A stretch of DNA of 64,000 nucleotides. It comes from Gammaproteobacteria bacterium (GTDB lineage: Bacteria > Pseudomonadota > Gammaproteobacteria > Eutrophobiales > Eutrophobiaceae). The DNA lies in NCBI GenBank assembly GCA_041984885.1, contig JBHIXH010000001.1, positions 50,365-114,364 of the forward strand. The letters are read 5' to 3'. The first letter of the stretch is position 1. The number at the start of each line of letters is the position of its first letter. The notes beneath the pieces are model-generated. The model worked only from the letters and a program-made list of their open reading frames with translations. It ran no database searches and was not told the origin of the DNA. The position numbers and the translations under genes were made by a program. Shown piece by piece: positions 1 to 10,251 of the stretch.

Positions 1-2
1 GA

Positions 3-440
3 GTAAACAAGGTCATACTCGTTGGTAATCTCGGAAACGATCCGGATGTACGCTACACCGCCAGTGGTGCCGCTGTTGCCAACGTCAGTATCGCGACATC
101 GGAATCATGGAAAGATAAAAACACCGGCGAACAACAGGACAGAACCGAATGGCATCGTGTCGTGTTTTTTGGTCGTCTCGCCGAGATTGTTTCTGAATAT
201 CTGCGCAAGGGCTCGCAAATCTACGTCGAAGGTCGATTACAAACCCGTAAATGGCAGGACAAGGAAGGCACTGATCGCTATACGACCGAGATCGTTGCCA
301 ATGAAATGCAGATGCTCGGCGGTCGTGGCGGCGGCGGCGGAGGTTCAGACAACTATTCCTCGAGCAAATCACAAAATGAACCCGCTCCTGCACCGGCACC
401 TGAACCGAACAACGATTTCGATGACGATATCCCGTTCTAG
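3..440 (+). CDS. ssb: Single-stranded DNA-binding protein, 5'-truncated by the window edge
   Basis: In-frame translation from position 3 reads [19 protein letters not shown]...[17 protein letters not shown]. It has a Gly-rich linker and the acidic C-terminal tail DDDIPF, the canonical SSB terminus. Confidence 0.9.
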   Translation, partial: VNKVILVGNLGNDPDVRYTASGAAVANVSIATSESWKDKNTGEQQDRTEWHRVVFFGRLAEIVSEYLRKGSQIYVEGRLQTRKWQDKEGTDRYTTEIVANEMQMLGGRGGGGGGSDNYSSSKSQNEPAPAPAPEPNNDFDDDIPF

Positions 441-558
441 CTGACGGTCGGAATAAACTTCGGATCCTGCAAACGGGTTAACTCTGTGTGACACGTGCTG
501 ACACCCAGGAACAAGTATGGCAATCTTTTCAAAACACGTTGCCCGGGATAATTAATAA

Positions 559-1053
559 CTAAAAATCATCGTTTTCCGGATCAACACGGTCGTCCAGAAT
601 ATATTGAAGCGACACCTGTTTTAACTTTCTTACCCGTCCGGGGGACAGCTGTCCGGCAATCGCTTCCAGCAGTTTTTCTGCGTTCCCGTTACCTTGTTTA
701 TACGCTGCATATAACCAGATATAGGCCTGTTCAAAATCGCGATTGCCTAATTCACCTGACTCGTAGATTGCGCCGAGATTACGCTGGGCCTCCGGATTAC
801 CGGCCTTCGCGGATTTTTCGTACCAGTAAAATGCCTTGTTGATATCACGCTCGACACCAAGCCCGAGATAATACTGGATGCCCAGGTAATTCTGCGCGTT
901 GCTGTCATCTCGTTCTGCTTGTTCTTTCCAGAGGGTAAACGATGTTGCGTAATCACCTTCATAAAAAGCCGTTTCGGCATCTTCATGCTGACTGCATGCA
1001 GACAGCATCAGTAACAGCAGAAGGGTTATAAATTTATAACTGCCTGATTTCAT
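559..1053 (-). CDS. Sel1/TPR-like repeat lipoprotein
   Basis: The internal Met at 1053 begins a lipoprotein signal (MKSGSYKFITLLLLLMLSAC). Repeated Sel1-like motifs follow (AQNYLGIQYYLGLGVERD; AFYWYEKSAKAGNPEAQRNLGAIYESG). Confidence 0.65.
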   Translation of the reverse strand: MKSGSYKFITLLLLLMLSACSQHEDAETAFYEGDYATSFTLWKEQAERDDSNAQNYLGIQYYLGLGVERDINKAFYWYEKSAKAGNPEAQRNLGAIYESGELGNRDFEQAYIWLYAAYKQGNGNAEKLLEAIAGQLSPGRVRKLKQVSLQYILDDRVDPENDDF

Positions 1054-1191
1054 TATTGAGTGAATCGGGGCATACCTGAATGGACTATCCTGATTTTCAG
1101 GACGGCAAGAATGCAGGTAAACGGAATTGTAGCGACGTGTTATTTTCTGGCAATCCAATGAATTTTCAAGACGGGAGATGTGACTAATAAA

Positions 1192-4100
1192 TTATATGTC
1201 AATATCAAATAACGGCTCCGGCTTGTGAATGGCATAACCCTGGGCGAAATTCACACCAAGCCCCTTTAACAGCCGCAACACATATTGAGTCTCGACAAAT
1301 TCGGCAATCGTCTGGATTCCCATTACCCTGGCAATATCGCTGATCGATCGCACCATCTCAAAATCGAGACGATCAGTCATAATATCGCGAACAAAGCTGC
1401 CATCTATCTTGATGTAATCGACCGGCATTTGTTTCAGGTAGGCAAAAGAAGAGACACCGCTGCCGAAATCATCCAGTGCAAAACTGCATCCGATACCACG
1501 TAACATTTGCATGAATTTTATCGCATGACTCATATTTTGAATCGCTGCCGTCTCGGTAATCTCGAAACAGTTTTTATCTCCGGGGATCTGGTAACGTTGA
1601 AACAACTCCAGTACCTCGTCAACAAACTTGATATTGCTGACAGACAGGCCGGACAGGTTAATCGAGCAAATGGAAAGTTGATCCAGTTTCTCCTCATTTT
1701 CCTTTAACCAGTGAAAATAGCGGCGCAGTACCCAGCTATCAATCTTTGTGCTGAGATTATAACGCTCGGCAGCCGGCATAAACGCACCTGGCATAACAAT
1801 ATGTCCATCTGCAGCGCGTAACCGTATCAATAGTTCATGATGTTCACCGCCGGCTATTGTTTTATATAACGGCTGGATTTTTTGTGTGTATAACACGAGC
1901 TGATTGTCTTCAATCGCCTCGTTGATGATCGACACCCACTGCATTTCACCGTGGATACGAGACACATCCTTGTCCTCCACGTTATATACATGGATACGGT
2001 TTCTGCCGGCTTCTTTCGCGGCATAGCAGGCGGCATCAGCCTGTCTCAGCACAGCAGTGATTGTCTGATCACCACTACTGATTGGCACAAGACCGATACT
2101 CATACCCAGTGAGAACCGTTTATCCTCCCAGGTAAATCGAAAATCACTGATACGGTTCAGGATTGTGTTGGAAACCTCCTGGGCTTTTTCCAGAGAACAA
2201 TGTTCCATCAAAATGCCGAACTCATCACCACCGAGCCGTGCCACCGTGTCTCGTTTACGCACAGTCGCACTGAGGACCTCGCTGATCTGACGTAACAATT
2301 CGTCGCCGGCCAGATGACCACAGGTATCATTAATTACCTTGAACTGGTCCAGGTCGAGGAAACACAGGGCATGATCTTCGCCGGAGGCCGCCGATGAATG
2401 GAGCACACGCTCAAGACGTCGTTCAAACTCAACCCGGTTAACCAGGCCGGTCAGGGCATCGTGGCTGGCTTGCCACGAAAGCTGATTCGATAATCGATGT
2501 ATCTCGGTAATATCTTCACAGACGATAAAAAAGCGCGATTCATTCTCGTCTTCCTGAATAAACCTGACTGTCTCACGAACCCATATCACCGTACCGTCAT
2601 GTTTAACCTTGCGAAACTCGATACGTTTCACATCATCCCGACGTTTCTCATGCTGCTGAAAATATTCAGTCACGGCAGAAATATCATCCGGGTGTACAAT
2701 TAATCGAATCGATTCGCCTATCAATTCGTTAATTTTATAGCCAAGTTCACGTGCGCCATATTCATTGACTGATAAAATTTTGCCTGTCATGTCAACGGTA
2801 AAAAACATGGAGGGCGTATCATGATATAAATCACGGAATTGCTTTTCACTTTCCGCCAGTTTTACCCGATCCAGATCATGTTCGTGCTTGATACGCAGGT
2901 TTTGTATCCCGCGAGAAAGATTTGTTGTCAAGTCATGAAGTAAATTTACTTCCTCGGTATCGAATGCATCCACCGAACCGGAATACAGAACCAGAACGCC
3001 AATAACCTGGGAGTTGATTATTATTGGAAACGAAGCCAGAGATTCATAACCACGTTTGATAGCTTCATCCCTCCACTTGCGCATCTTGTTATCGGTAAAA
3101 ATATTCCGACTGATACATGGGGTTAAACCACGAATACTCAAACCAACCGGTTCCTGACCACTTGCTGTTTCTGACCAGGAAAAGGCGTGTTGTAAATAAC
3201 CATCCTCAAAGCCGGCACTGGCGACAGGCTTTACGGTTTTCTGCTCATCGTCATGGGCATAGCCGATCCAGGCCATACGATACTGCCCGGTATCCACGAT
3301 CACTTCGCAGAAGTATTGCAACAGGTTTGATTCGTTATTGATTTTCACCAGGCCATGATTACAGTCATTCAGAACCTGCAAGGCGCGTTTGCTGCGCGTG
3401 AACCTGTAGTCCGCAAGCACTCTCTCTGTGATGTCGATTATATGCACGACAGCGAACATGAATAATCCATGTGCATCCATGACCGGAGACGCATAGATTT
3501 CTGTCCAGATTACCCCGCGATCCTGGGCAATGAACCGGTTTTCAATCCGCATTTCCCTGTTTGCCGAAGCAATCAAATCATTAAATGCCTTTTTGCATTT
3601 AAAGACATCTTTTGGATAGGTCAGGTGAAATAGATTAATCGACTCGGTAGTTCCGGATGGGAATCCCAGCAACCGGACTAATGAATCATTCGACTGAAAA
3701 AAGTTGCCGGACTTGTCGATCAGGGCAACACCGTTTGGTGCCTTGCCAAAAGCATCCCTAAATTTTTGTTCACTTTTCTCCAGGGCCAGCCGGGTCTGCT
3801 GCCATTCGGTAATATCCCGGCCGATAGACATGACACATTGCTTGCCTTCAATCACCAGCAGGCTTGAGGACAGCAACACCGTGACTATACTGTTATCGTA
3901 GATTCGAAGCTGGCACTCCCAGTTTTCAATTACCCCGTTTTTCTCCAGCTGTTCCACATACAGTTCGCGATCCTGAGGATTTTTCCAAAGACCGATCTCA
4001 AGCGTGGTTTTACCAATAACATTCGCGCGACTGTATCCGGTTAACTGTTCAAATCCGTGGTTTATTTCCAGAATGCGGCCTTCGTACAGTTCTGCAACCA

Positions 4101-6327
4101 GTATCGATTCGGCCCCGGTATTAAAAAAGCTTTCCAGGATATTTCTTTGTTGTTCAATCGATGAGGTTGAACAGTGTTTCTCTATGGCAATGGAGGCAAG
4201 GTAGGCCTGCGTCTGAATCAATTCGATATCAAATGAATCCGGTTCTCTGACTTCCGGATAATAAATGGCAAATGTACCGATAATTTTTTCATCCGAGGTA
4301 AAAATCGGCTGCGACCAACAAGAACGTATCGAATACTTTCGGGCAGTCTGCAGGAAGTCTGTCCAGTTCTCATCCAGTTCAATATCCGGGGTGATTATCC
4401 GTTGCCCGGTTTGCACTGCATGACTGCAGGTACCCTTGCCTAACCGGGTATCAAAGCCATCCAGCAGAGTCAGTATCTCCTGCGGCAGGCTGGGCGCTGC
4501 ACCAAGTCGAAGCGTGTAGCCATTGCTATCGAGCAACAGAATACTGCAACGCAGTTTATATCCGATCTGCTCGGACGAACTGGCAATCAATTCAAGCGTC
4601 GCCGGCAACGTCTGGTTGGTTGTGATCGCCTCAAACACACGGTAACGAATGTCTCTTAACAGCTCCTGTTGTTTTCGCTCGGTGATATCCTGGCCAATTG
4701 AAAACAGGCAGGTCTCATTATCCACTTGCATGACAGTGGAGGACTGTAACCAGTATCTCAGTCGTCCCTTTGCATCCGTAGCGGAACGCTCGACACCATT
4801 GATGACACCCTTTTTCCTCAGTCGCCGCAGGAATAATTCACGCTGTTGCGGTGAGTCAAATAACAGGTCCTCAACAGACTGGCCGAGCAGCTTGTCCCGG
4901 GGCAGTCCGATCATTCGACAAAAGCCCTCATTAAGATCGATGATCTCGCCATTATCGAGTCGGGTTATTGCAATGGCGTCCGGGCAAAGATTAATCGCAT
5001 TGGCATATTTATCTTTAACCTCTGTTAACAATCGAAACTGCCTTTCGCGCTCGACCTCAACAGCGGCACGCGAGCTGAAAACCCGGAGAAGTGAGCGATA
5101 AAACTCTGCATCCTCTAATGGCCTGGTATCAATCAGAGCAAAATGACCGATCGTCTTTCCGGTCGAGTCCAGCAGTGGCTCGCCAACAAAGCTTTCTGCG
5201 CCCATCCTGACCAGTTCTTCATCTTCAGGGAAACTTTTCTGCACCTGCTCGGAGAAAAAAACCGATTTTCCTTTAATCACGGCTTCACATGGGGTGCCAT
5301 CCAGATCGTATACGTTCATTGGTTGCAGTTGACCCTGGTCGGAAAATGCTAACGTACAAACCTGATTTACCGGGTCATCCAGACATTCTGTGACCAATGC
5401 ATAGCGCACACCCAGCTTTTCCGTTAACAGTCTGACGGCATCTTCAAAGAAATTTTCCCCGGGAATGGATGTGACCGCCTCGATTATCTGTTGATAGGTT
5501 GACTCTCTCTCGTACTGGCGTTGAAGGTTTCGGGCAAGCAACAAAAAATGCAGTTGTCCATCCAGCGGTACAACAGATTTCGACAGGCTAACCGGTACTA
5601 ATTCCTGGTTCGCACAGCGAAGCAGCGCATCACGATCGACAAAATCATCGCAGGTGATCAGGTCTGCACTAAAATTTTTCGGGTCTTTATTATCCGCAAA
5701 CAGATTTAATTCAGAGAGTTTGCGTTGTTTCAGTTCAGCGGGGGCATAACCGCTTAATTGTACGGCTACGTTATTGGCTTCAACAATACAACTATCGCTG
5801 TCACGGACAATGAAAATCGGCAATAACGATTGGCTGAAATTGCCTGCCTGCTGACTGGCGCCATCGTTGGCCGGCTCCGGAATTGAAATATCCTGCATGA
5901 AGCAGTAACAGTCGACGCTGGATTCAATTCGTTTCAGTCCGCGCACAATGACCAGCAACATATCGAATTCAGTGCCATCTGCTCTCAGACCGCGCAACTC
6001 GCCTTCACTACGACCGTCATCCAGCATTTGCTGATATAACTCTTGCGCCTTAGCGTGGTCGTCTGCATGCACGGCTTCCACCCATGCCATACCAATCATC
6101 TGGTCAACGCTATAACCACAGGTTTCGGCAAATCGATTATTGACACTGAGGAAGTGACCCTGATGATCGAGACGGCAGATACACTCGAGTGCATTCTCGA
6201 TGATGTCCTCGAGCTGCGACTGCTTCAGTCCTGCGCCGGTTTTCGCTTCGGTATCCGGTTCCTGTTTTTCCATATTACCGTCAGGGTCCATAATGTTTTC
6301 GTGCAGACTTCGCGCGCGGTCCACCAC
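1192..6327 (-). CDS. Large multi-sensor signalling protein with PAS/GAF repeats and a GGDEF-EAL (c-di-GMP cyclase/phosphodiesterase) output
   Basis: 1711-aa ORF. A GGDEF motif (RLGGDEFGIL) is followed by an EAL domain (EAL...MLRGIGCSFALDDFGSGVSSFAYLK...YIKIDGSFV). Several PAS-like and GAF-like modules lie upstream. Confidence 0.85.
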   Translation of the reverse strand: MVDRARSLHENIMDPDGNMEKQEPDTEAKTGAGLKQSQLEDIIENALECICRLDHQGHFLSVNNRFAETCGYSVDQMIGMAWVEAVHADDHAKAQELYQQMLDDGRSEGELRGLRADGTEFDMLLVIVRGLKRIESSVDCYCFMQDISIPEPANDGASQQAGNFSQSLLPIFIVRDSDSCIVEANNVAVQLSGYAPAELKQRKLSELNLFADNKDPKNFSADLITCDDFVDRDALLRCANQELVPVSLSKSVVPLDGQLHFLLLARNLQRQYERESTYQQIIEAVTSIPGENFFEDAVRLLTEKLGVRYALVTECLDDPVNQVCTLAFSDQGQLQPMNVYDLDGTPCEAVIKGKSVFFSEQVQKSFPEDEELVRMGAESFVGEPLLDSTGKTIGHFALIDTRPLEDAEFYRSLLRVFSSRAAVEVERERQFRLLTEVKDKYANAINLCPDAIAITRLDNGEIIDLNEGFCRMIGLPRDKLLGQSVEDLLFDSPQQRELFLRRLRKKGVINGVERSATDAKGRLRYWLQSSTVMQVDNETCLFSIGQDITERKQQELLRDIRYRVFEAITTNQTLPATLELIASSSEQIGYKLRCSILLLDSNGYTLRLGAAPSLPQEILTLLDGFDTRLGKGTCSHAVQTGQRIITPDIELDENWTDFLQTARKYSIRSCWSQPIFTSDEKIIGTFAIYYPEVREPDSFDIELIQTQAYLASIAIEKHCSTSSIEQQRNILESFFNTGAESILVAELYEGRILEINHGFEQLTGYSRANVIGKTTLEIGLWKNPQDRELYVEQLEKNGVIENWECQLRIYDNSIVTVLLSSSLLVIEGKQCVMSIGRDITEWQQTRLALEKSEQKFRDAFGKAPNGVALIDKSGNFFQSNDSLVRLLGFPSGTTESINLFHLTYPKDVFKCKKAFNDLIASANREMRIENRFIAQDRGVIWTEIYASPVMDAHGLFMFAVVHIIDITERVLADYRFTRSKRALQVLNDCNHGLVKINNESNLLQYFCEVIVDTGQYRMAWIGYAHDDEQKTVKPVASAGFEDGYLQHAFSWSETASGQEPVGLSIRGLTPCISRNIFTDNKMRKWRDEAIKRGYESLASFPIIINSQVIGVLVLYSGSVDAFDTEEVNLLHDLTTNLSRGIQNLRIKHEHDLDRVKLAESEKQFRDLYHDTPSMFFTVDMTGKILSVNEYGARELGYKINELIGESIRLIVHPDDISAVTEYFQQHEKRRDDVKRIEFRKVKHDGTVIWVRETVRFIQEDENESRFFIVCEDITEIHRLSNQLSWQASHDALTGLVNRVEFERRLERVLHSSAASGEDHALCFLDLDQFKVINDTCGHLAGDELLRQISEVLSATVRKRDTVARLGGDEFGILMEHCSLEKAQEVSNTILNRISDFRFTWEDKRFSLGMSIGLVPISSGDQTITAVLRQADAACYAAKEAGRNRIHVYNVEDKDVSRIHGEMQWVSIINEAIEDNQLVLYTQKIQPLYKTIAGGEHHELLIRLRAADGHIVMPGAFMPAAERYNLSTKIDSWVLRRYFHWLKENEEKLDQLSICSINLSGLSVSNIKFVDEVLELFQRYQIPGDKNCFEITETAAIQNMSHAIKFMQMLRGIGCSFALDDFGSGVSSFAYLKQMPVDYIKIDGSFVRDIMTDRLDFEMVRSISDIARVMGIQTIAEFVETQYVLRLLKGLGVNFAQGYAIHKPEPLFDIDI

Positions 6328-6542
6328 ATTGAGAATATCCGGTTAAGTAATCCCATGACGAACTTGCTGCCGCCTGATACTACTAGTGTAGTCGTATCTA
6401 ATCGTCAGACCAACGGAAAAAGCCGATATATCGGTGAAAAATGCAGTAATCTATTCAAAAATCGCGGTTCGTAACCGGATTGTCATCAAGCGACGCAGGC
6501 AAATAGCCGATAATTCAAACAACAAATGAAGCATATCTCATC

Positions 6543-7994
6543 ATGTCGATAACCACTGAAATAAACCTCTTGAAGATGCGCCGGACGAAAATTCTGGCGA
6601 CGCTCGGACCGGCCAGCAGTAGCCGGGAAACGATAAAAAGTCTCATCAATGCCGGTGTCAATGTTTTCCGCTTGAATATGTCGCACGGCGACCACGATTT
6701 TCACCGGCAAACCTATACCGATCTGCGTGAGCTGGCCGCGGAATCCGGGCGTCAGACAGGCATACTGGCTGATCTTTGTGGACCGAAAATTCGCACCGGT
6801 AAATTCAAAAACGGTGGCATCGAAATCAGGCAAGGTGACAGGGTTATCGTCACCACGCGCGATGTCGAAGGTGAACCCGGCCTGATCCCGTCGCAGTACC
6901 AGGCACTCGCTGATGATGTCGAGGCCGGTGATCCAATCCTGCTCGCAGACGGTACACTGGAATTACAGGTCGTCCAGGTCGACGGAACCGAGATCACCTG
7001 CGAGGTGATCTTCGGTGGCACGCTGGGAAATCATAAGGGGATTAACCTGCCCGGTGTCAACGTCTCCGCCCCCTCGTTAACAGAAAAAGACAAGCAGGAC
7101 GCAGAATTTGCACTCAACCTGGGTGTCGATTTTCTGGCATTGTCCTTTGTGCGTCGCGCCGACGACATAAACGAGTTACGCAAATTGATCACATCGGTCG
7201 ATTGTGAAACGCATATTATCGCCAAGATTGAAAAACCCGAGGCACTGCATGAGGCGAAAGCCATCATTGAGACGGCCGACGGCATCATGGTGGCACGCGG
7301 TGACCTGGGTGTGGAATTAAAACCGGAGCTGGTACCGGTCGCGCAACATCAACTGATCGACATGGCGCATAAAATGTTCAAACCGGTCATCGTTGCGACA
7401 CAGATGCTCGAGTCGATGATAGAGAATGCCCGCCCTACCCGCGCAGAGGTAACCGATGTGGCCAACGCAGTGACGCAGGGCGCCGATGCAATCATGTTAT
7501 CGGGCGAAACCGCCGTTGGTGCGCACCCTGCCGAGGCCGTGCGAATGATGGATCGCATTGCCCGACAAACCGAATCCTATCTCTGGAAACAACATGCCTA
7601 CGGCGTGGTGAAAAAAAGCAGCAACACAAAAATGCTGTCGCTGTACGACGCCGTCGCCAACGCCATGTCGCGCATGGCGCACGAATTACGTGCCAACTCC
7701 ATCATTGTTATTTCACAAAGTGGCACAACTGCGGCCACGATGAGCTCGGCGCGACCATCAGCGCCGATCATTGCAATCACGCGCAGTGAACAGGTCTGTC
7801 GTCGACTGGCACTATTATGGAGTGTGATCCCGGTGCAATCGGATGCCGCCGGTTCAATGAATCCGAATGAACTGGCCAGGAAAATCGCGGTTGAGCAGGG
7901 GATGGCGACGGCCGGAGAGAAAATATTACTGGTGAGAGGGTTCAGCGATACAGAGGAATTCAACACACCGTCGATCACCGCGATGACGGTTTAA
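6543..7994 (+). CDS. pyk: Pyruvate kinase
   Basis: MRRTKILATLGPAS...NMSHGDHD...MVARGDLGVE are canonical PK motifs. The true start may be the Met at 6576 (MRRTKI). Confidence 0.9.
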   Translation: MSITTEINLLKMRRTKILATLGPASSSRETIKSLINAGVNVFRLNMSHGDHDFHRQTYTDLRELAAESGRQTGILADLCGPKIRTGKFKNGGIEIRQGDRVIVTTRDVEGEPGLIPSQYQALADDVEAGDPILLADGTLELQVVQVDGTEITCEVIFGGTLGNHKGINLPGVNVSAPSLTEKDKQDAEFALNLGVDFLALSFVRRADDINELRKLITSVDCETHIIAKIEKPEALHEAKAIIETADGIMVARGDLGVELKPELVPVAQHQLIDMAHKMFKPVIVATQMLESMIENARPTRAEVTDVANAVTQGADAIMLSGETAVGAHPAEAVRMMDRIARQTESYLWKQHAYGVVKKSSNTKMLSLYDAVANAMSRMAHELRANSIIVISQSGTTAATMSSARPSAPIIAITRSEQVCRRLALLWSVIPVQSDAAGSMNPNELARKIAVEQGMATAGEKILLVRGFSDTEEFNTPSITAMTV

Positions 7995-8004
7995 CCGGGT
8001 ATTT

Positions 8005-8487
8005 CTATCTTCTTCGATACAGCGGCAGGCGCTCGTCGCTGGCTGCCTGATAACTGACAGAAAATGTATTGAATGCCTGCAGTGCCTCATTCAGATCCTT
8101 GTCTTCGCGCAATTGAAACGAATCAAACCCGCATCGCTGCATATAAAACAATTGATCCTGTAATACATCACCAATAGCTCGCAACTCACCGGTGTAGTTA
8201 AAACGTTCACGCAACAGGCGCGCATGTGAATAACAACGCCCGTCAACAAATGCCGGGAAATCCAGTGCGATGATCTGAAAGCTGCTGATTGAATCTGCCA
8301 GTTGCTCAACATCGGTGCTGCCATCGATCCACACACCGACCGCCTCATGGTTACCGAGACTGGCCGCATGCTCCTGCCAGAAAGTAAACGGTATTATGAT
8401 TTTACCTGGCGGCAGGTTGTCCGGTTCCGGCTCACGTAGCAGTTGCCAGTCATCATCAACGATGGCGTTCTGTTTAATTATTCTCAT
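8005..8487 (-). CDS. DUF934-family protein, the usual partner of assimilatory sulfite reductase
   Basis: 160-aa protein. Its stop overlaps the upstream sulfite-reductase gene (8484-8487). This family typically neighbours cysI/sir genes. Confidence 0.7.
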   Translation of the reverse strand: MRIIKQNAIVDDDWQLLREPEPDNLPPGKIIIPFTFWQEHAASLGNHEAVGVWIDGSTDVEQLADSISSFQIIALDFPAFVDGRCYSHARLLRERFNYTGELRAIGDVLQDQLFYMQRCGFDSFQLREDKDLNEALQAFNTFSVSYQAASDERLPLYRRR

Positions 8488-10139
8488 GTCTGGTTATACA
8501 CCCGCTGCTGAAACGGCTTGATGCCGATGCGTCGATACGTTTCCAGAAAACGTTCTTCACCTTCGCGTTCCTCAACATACACGTCAAGTATCTGACCGAT
8601 AACATCGGCAACTTTTTCTTTCTCGATTGCCTTGCCCAGACGATCACCGAGGCAGGCATCGTTTTCAGATGAACCGCCAAGCGTCAGCTGATAAAACTCT
8701 ACCCCTTTTTTATCCACACCAAGAATACCGATATGACCCACGTGATGATGTCCGCAGGCATTCATACAACCGGACATTTTTATCTTGATGTCGCCGACAT
8801 CATGCAGATAGTCCATGTTGTCGAACTTTTCGTTGATCTGCCTGGCAATCGGAATGGAACCGGCATTGGCCAGACTGCAAAAGTCGAGGCCGGGGCAGCA
8901 AATCATGTCCGTCAACATGCCTATGTTCGGGGTTGCCAGACCAAGTTCATTCAATTTTTGCCACACGGTAAACAAGTCACCCTGTCTGACATGCGGTAAC
9001 ACGAGATTCTGATCATGCGTGACCACGATCTCACCGGCACTGTAGCTATCGGATAAATCTGCAATGGCCTCCATTTGAGCATCGGTTGCATCGCCGGGTG
9101 GAACATCGGGAGCCTTGAGCGAAACAACGACGGCGTAGTAACCCGGTTGTTTATGCTGCGCCAGGTTGCGTTTTGTCCAGGCTGCAAATGCTGTGTCGCC
9201 AGCCTTGTATTCGGCAAACGTCGTATCATCCGCCGCGTTGACATCAAACTCCGGTTCAGTGAAAAACGCACGCACCCGATCAATTTCCTTTTGATCCAGT
9301 TTCATTGCCGAATCACGGATCAGTTCCCATTCTTTTTCTACCAGTTCGGTAAATTTTTCCTTACCGAGCTCGTGCACAAGAATTTTTATACGGGCCTTGA
9401 ACTTGTTGTCACGTCTGCCCCAGCGATTGTAGACGCGCAGGATCGCCTCAAGGTAGGAAAGAAGATGTTCTTTCTCGAGGAATTCGCGAATAACCTTACC
9501 GACGAATGGCGTGCGCCCCAGGCCGCCACCTGCCAGTACGCGAAAACCGACTTCGCCCTGTTCGTTTTTAACCAGATACACGCCAATATCATGCACCTGC
9601 ACCGCTGCGCGATCATGGGCCGCACCGCTGACTGCAATTTTGAATTTGCGTGGCAGATAGGAAAACTCGGGATGAAACGTCGACCATTGACGAATGATCT
9701 CGCAATAAGGTCGCGGGTCCTCGATCTCATCAGCGGCAAGGCCAGCGAATTGATCCGACGTTGTGTTTCTAATGCAGTTACCGCTGGTCTGGATCGCGTG
9801 CATCTGCACACTGGCCAGATCGGCGAGAATGTCCGGCACGGTTTCCAGTTTTGGCCAGTTGTATTGAATGTTTTGTCGTGTGCTGAAATGGCCATAACCC
9901 TTGTCATACTTTCGGGCAATATGTGCCAGCATGCGCAACTGTTTGGACGAGAGCAGGCCATACGGGATAGCCACCCGCAGCATCGGCGCATGTCGTTGAA
10001 TATACAGGCCATTCATTAAACGTAACGGACGAAACTCGTCTTCACTCAGCTTGCCATCAAGAAAGCGCCGAGTCTGATCACGAAATTGCGCGACACGCTC
10101 GTTGACTATCGTTTGATCGTAGTTATCGTATTGATACAT
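8484..10139 (-). CDS. Nitrite/sulfite reductase hemoprotein (ferredoxin-type assimilatory sulfite reductase, siroheme-[4Fe-4S])
   Basis: 551 aa. Contains the Cys cluster CCPGLDFC...SGCMNACG typical of the siroheme/4Fe-4S domain. It is coupled to the DUF934 gene. Confidence 0.8.
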   Translation of the reverse strand: MYQYDNYDQTIVNERVAQFRDQTRRFLDGKLSEDEFRPLRLMNGLYIQRHAPMLRVAIPYGLLSSKQLRMLAHIARKYDKGYGHFSTRQNIQYNWPKLETVPDILADLASVQMHAIQTSGNCIRNTTSDQFAGLAADEIEDPRPYCEIIRQWSTFHPEFSYLPRKFKIAVSGAAHDRAAVQVHDIGVYLVKNEQGEVGFRVLAGGGLGRTPFVGKVIREFLEKEHLLSYLEAILRVYNRWGRRDNKFKARIKILVHELGKEKFTELVEKEWELIRDSAMKLDQKEIDRVRAFFTEPEFDVNAADDTTFAEYKAGDTAFAAWTKRNLAQHKQPGYYAVVVSLKAPDVPPGDATDAQMEAIADLSDSYSAGEIVVTHDQNLVLPHVRQGDLFTVWQKLNELGLATPNIGMLTDMICCPGLDFCSLANAGSIPIARQINEKFDNMDYLHDVGDIKIKMSGCMNACGHHHVGHIGILGVDKKGVEFYQLTLGGSSENDACLGDRLGKAIEKEKVADVIGQILDVYVEEREGEERFLETYRRIGIKPFQQRVYNQT

Positions 10140-10251
10140 ATGCTGAATTATAACGCCTGCTGAAACGGGGCGGCTACGATAGCAAAACAGCTATATATAA
10201 GGAAGCGAAAACTGGCGCTATCGATATCGTGGAAAGTTATAAAAAACAGGG

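Noticed and set aside
4649-5101. 150-aa + strand ORF and several others (1285-1707, 2497-2703, 3117-3341) inside the GGDEF-EAL gene
   Set aside because: Antisense shadow ORFs within a long, clearly coding minus-strand gene. They have Ser/Arg-rich translations.
9075-10019. 314-aa ORF on the + strand
   Set aside because: Lies entirely antisense within the well-supported sulfite reductase gene. Its composition is typical of a shadow ORF.
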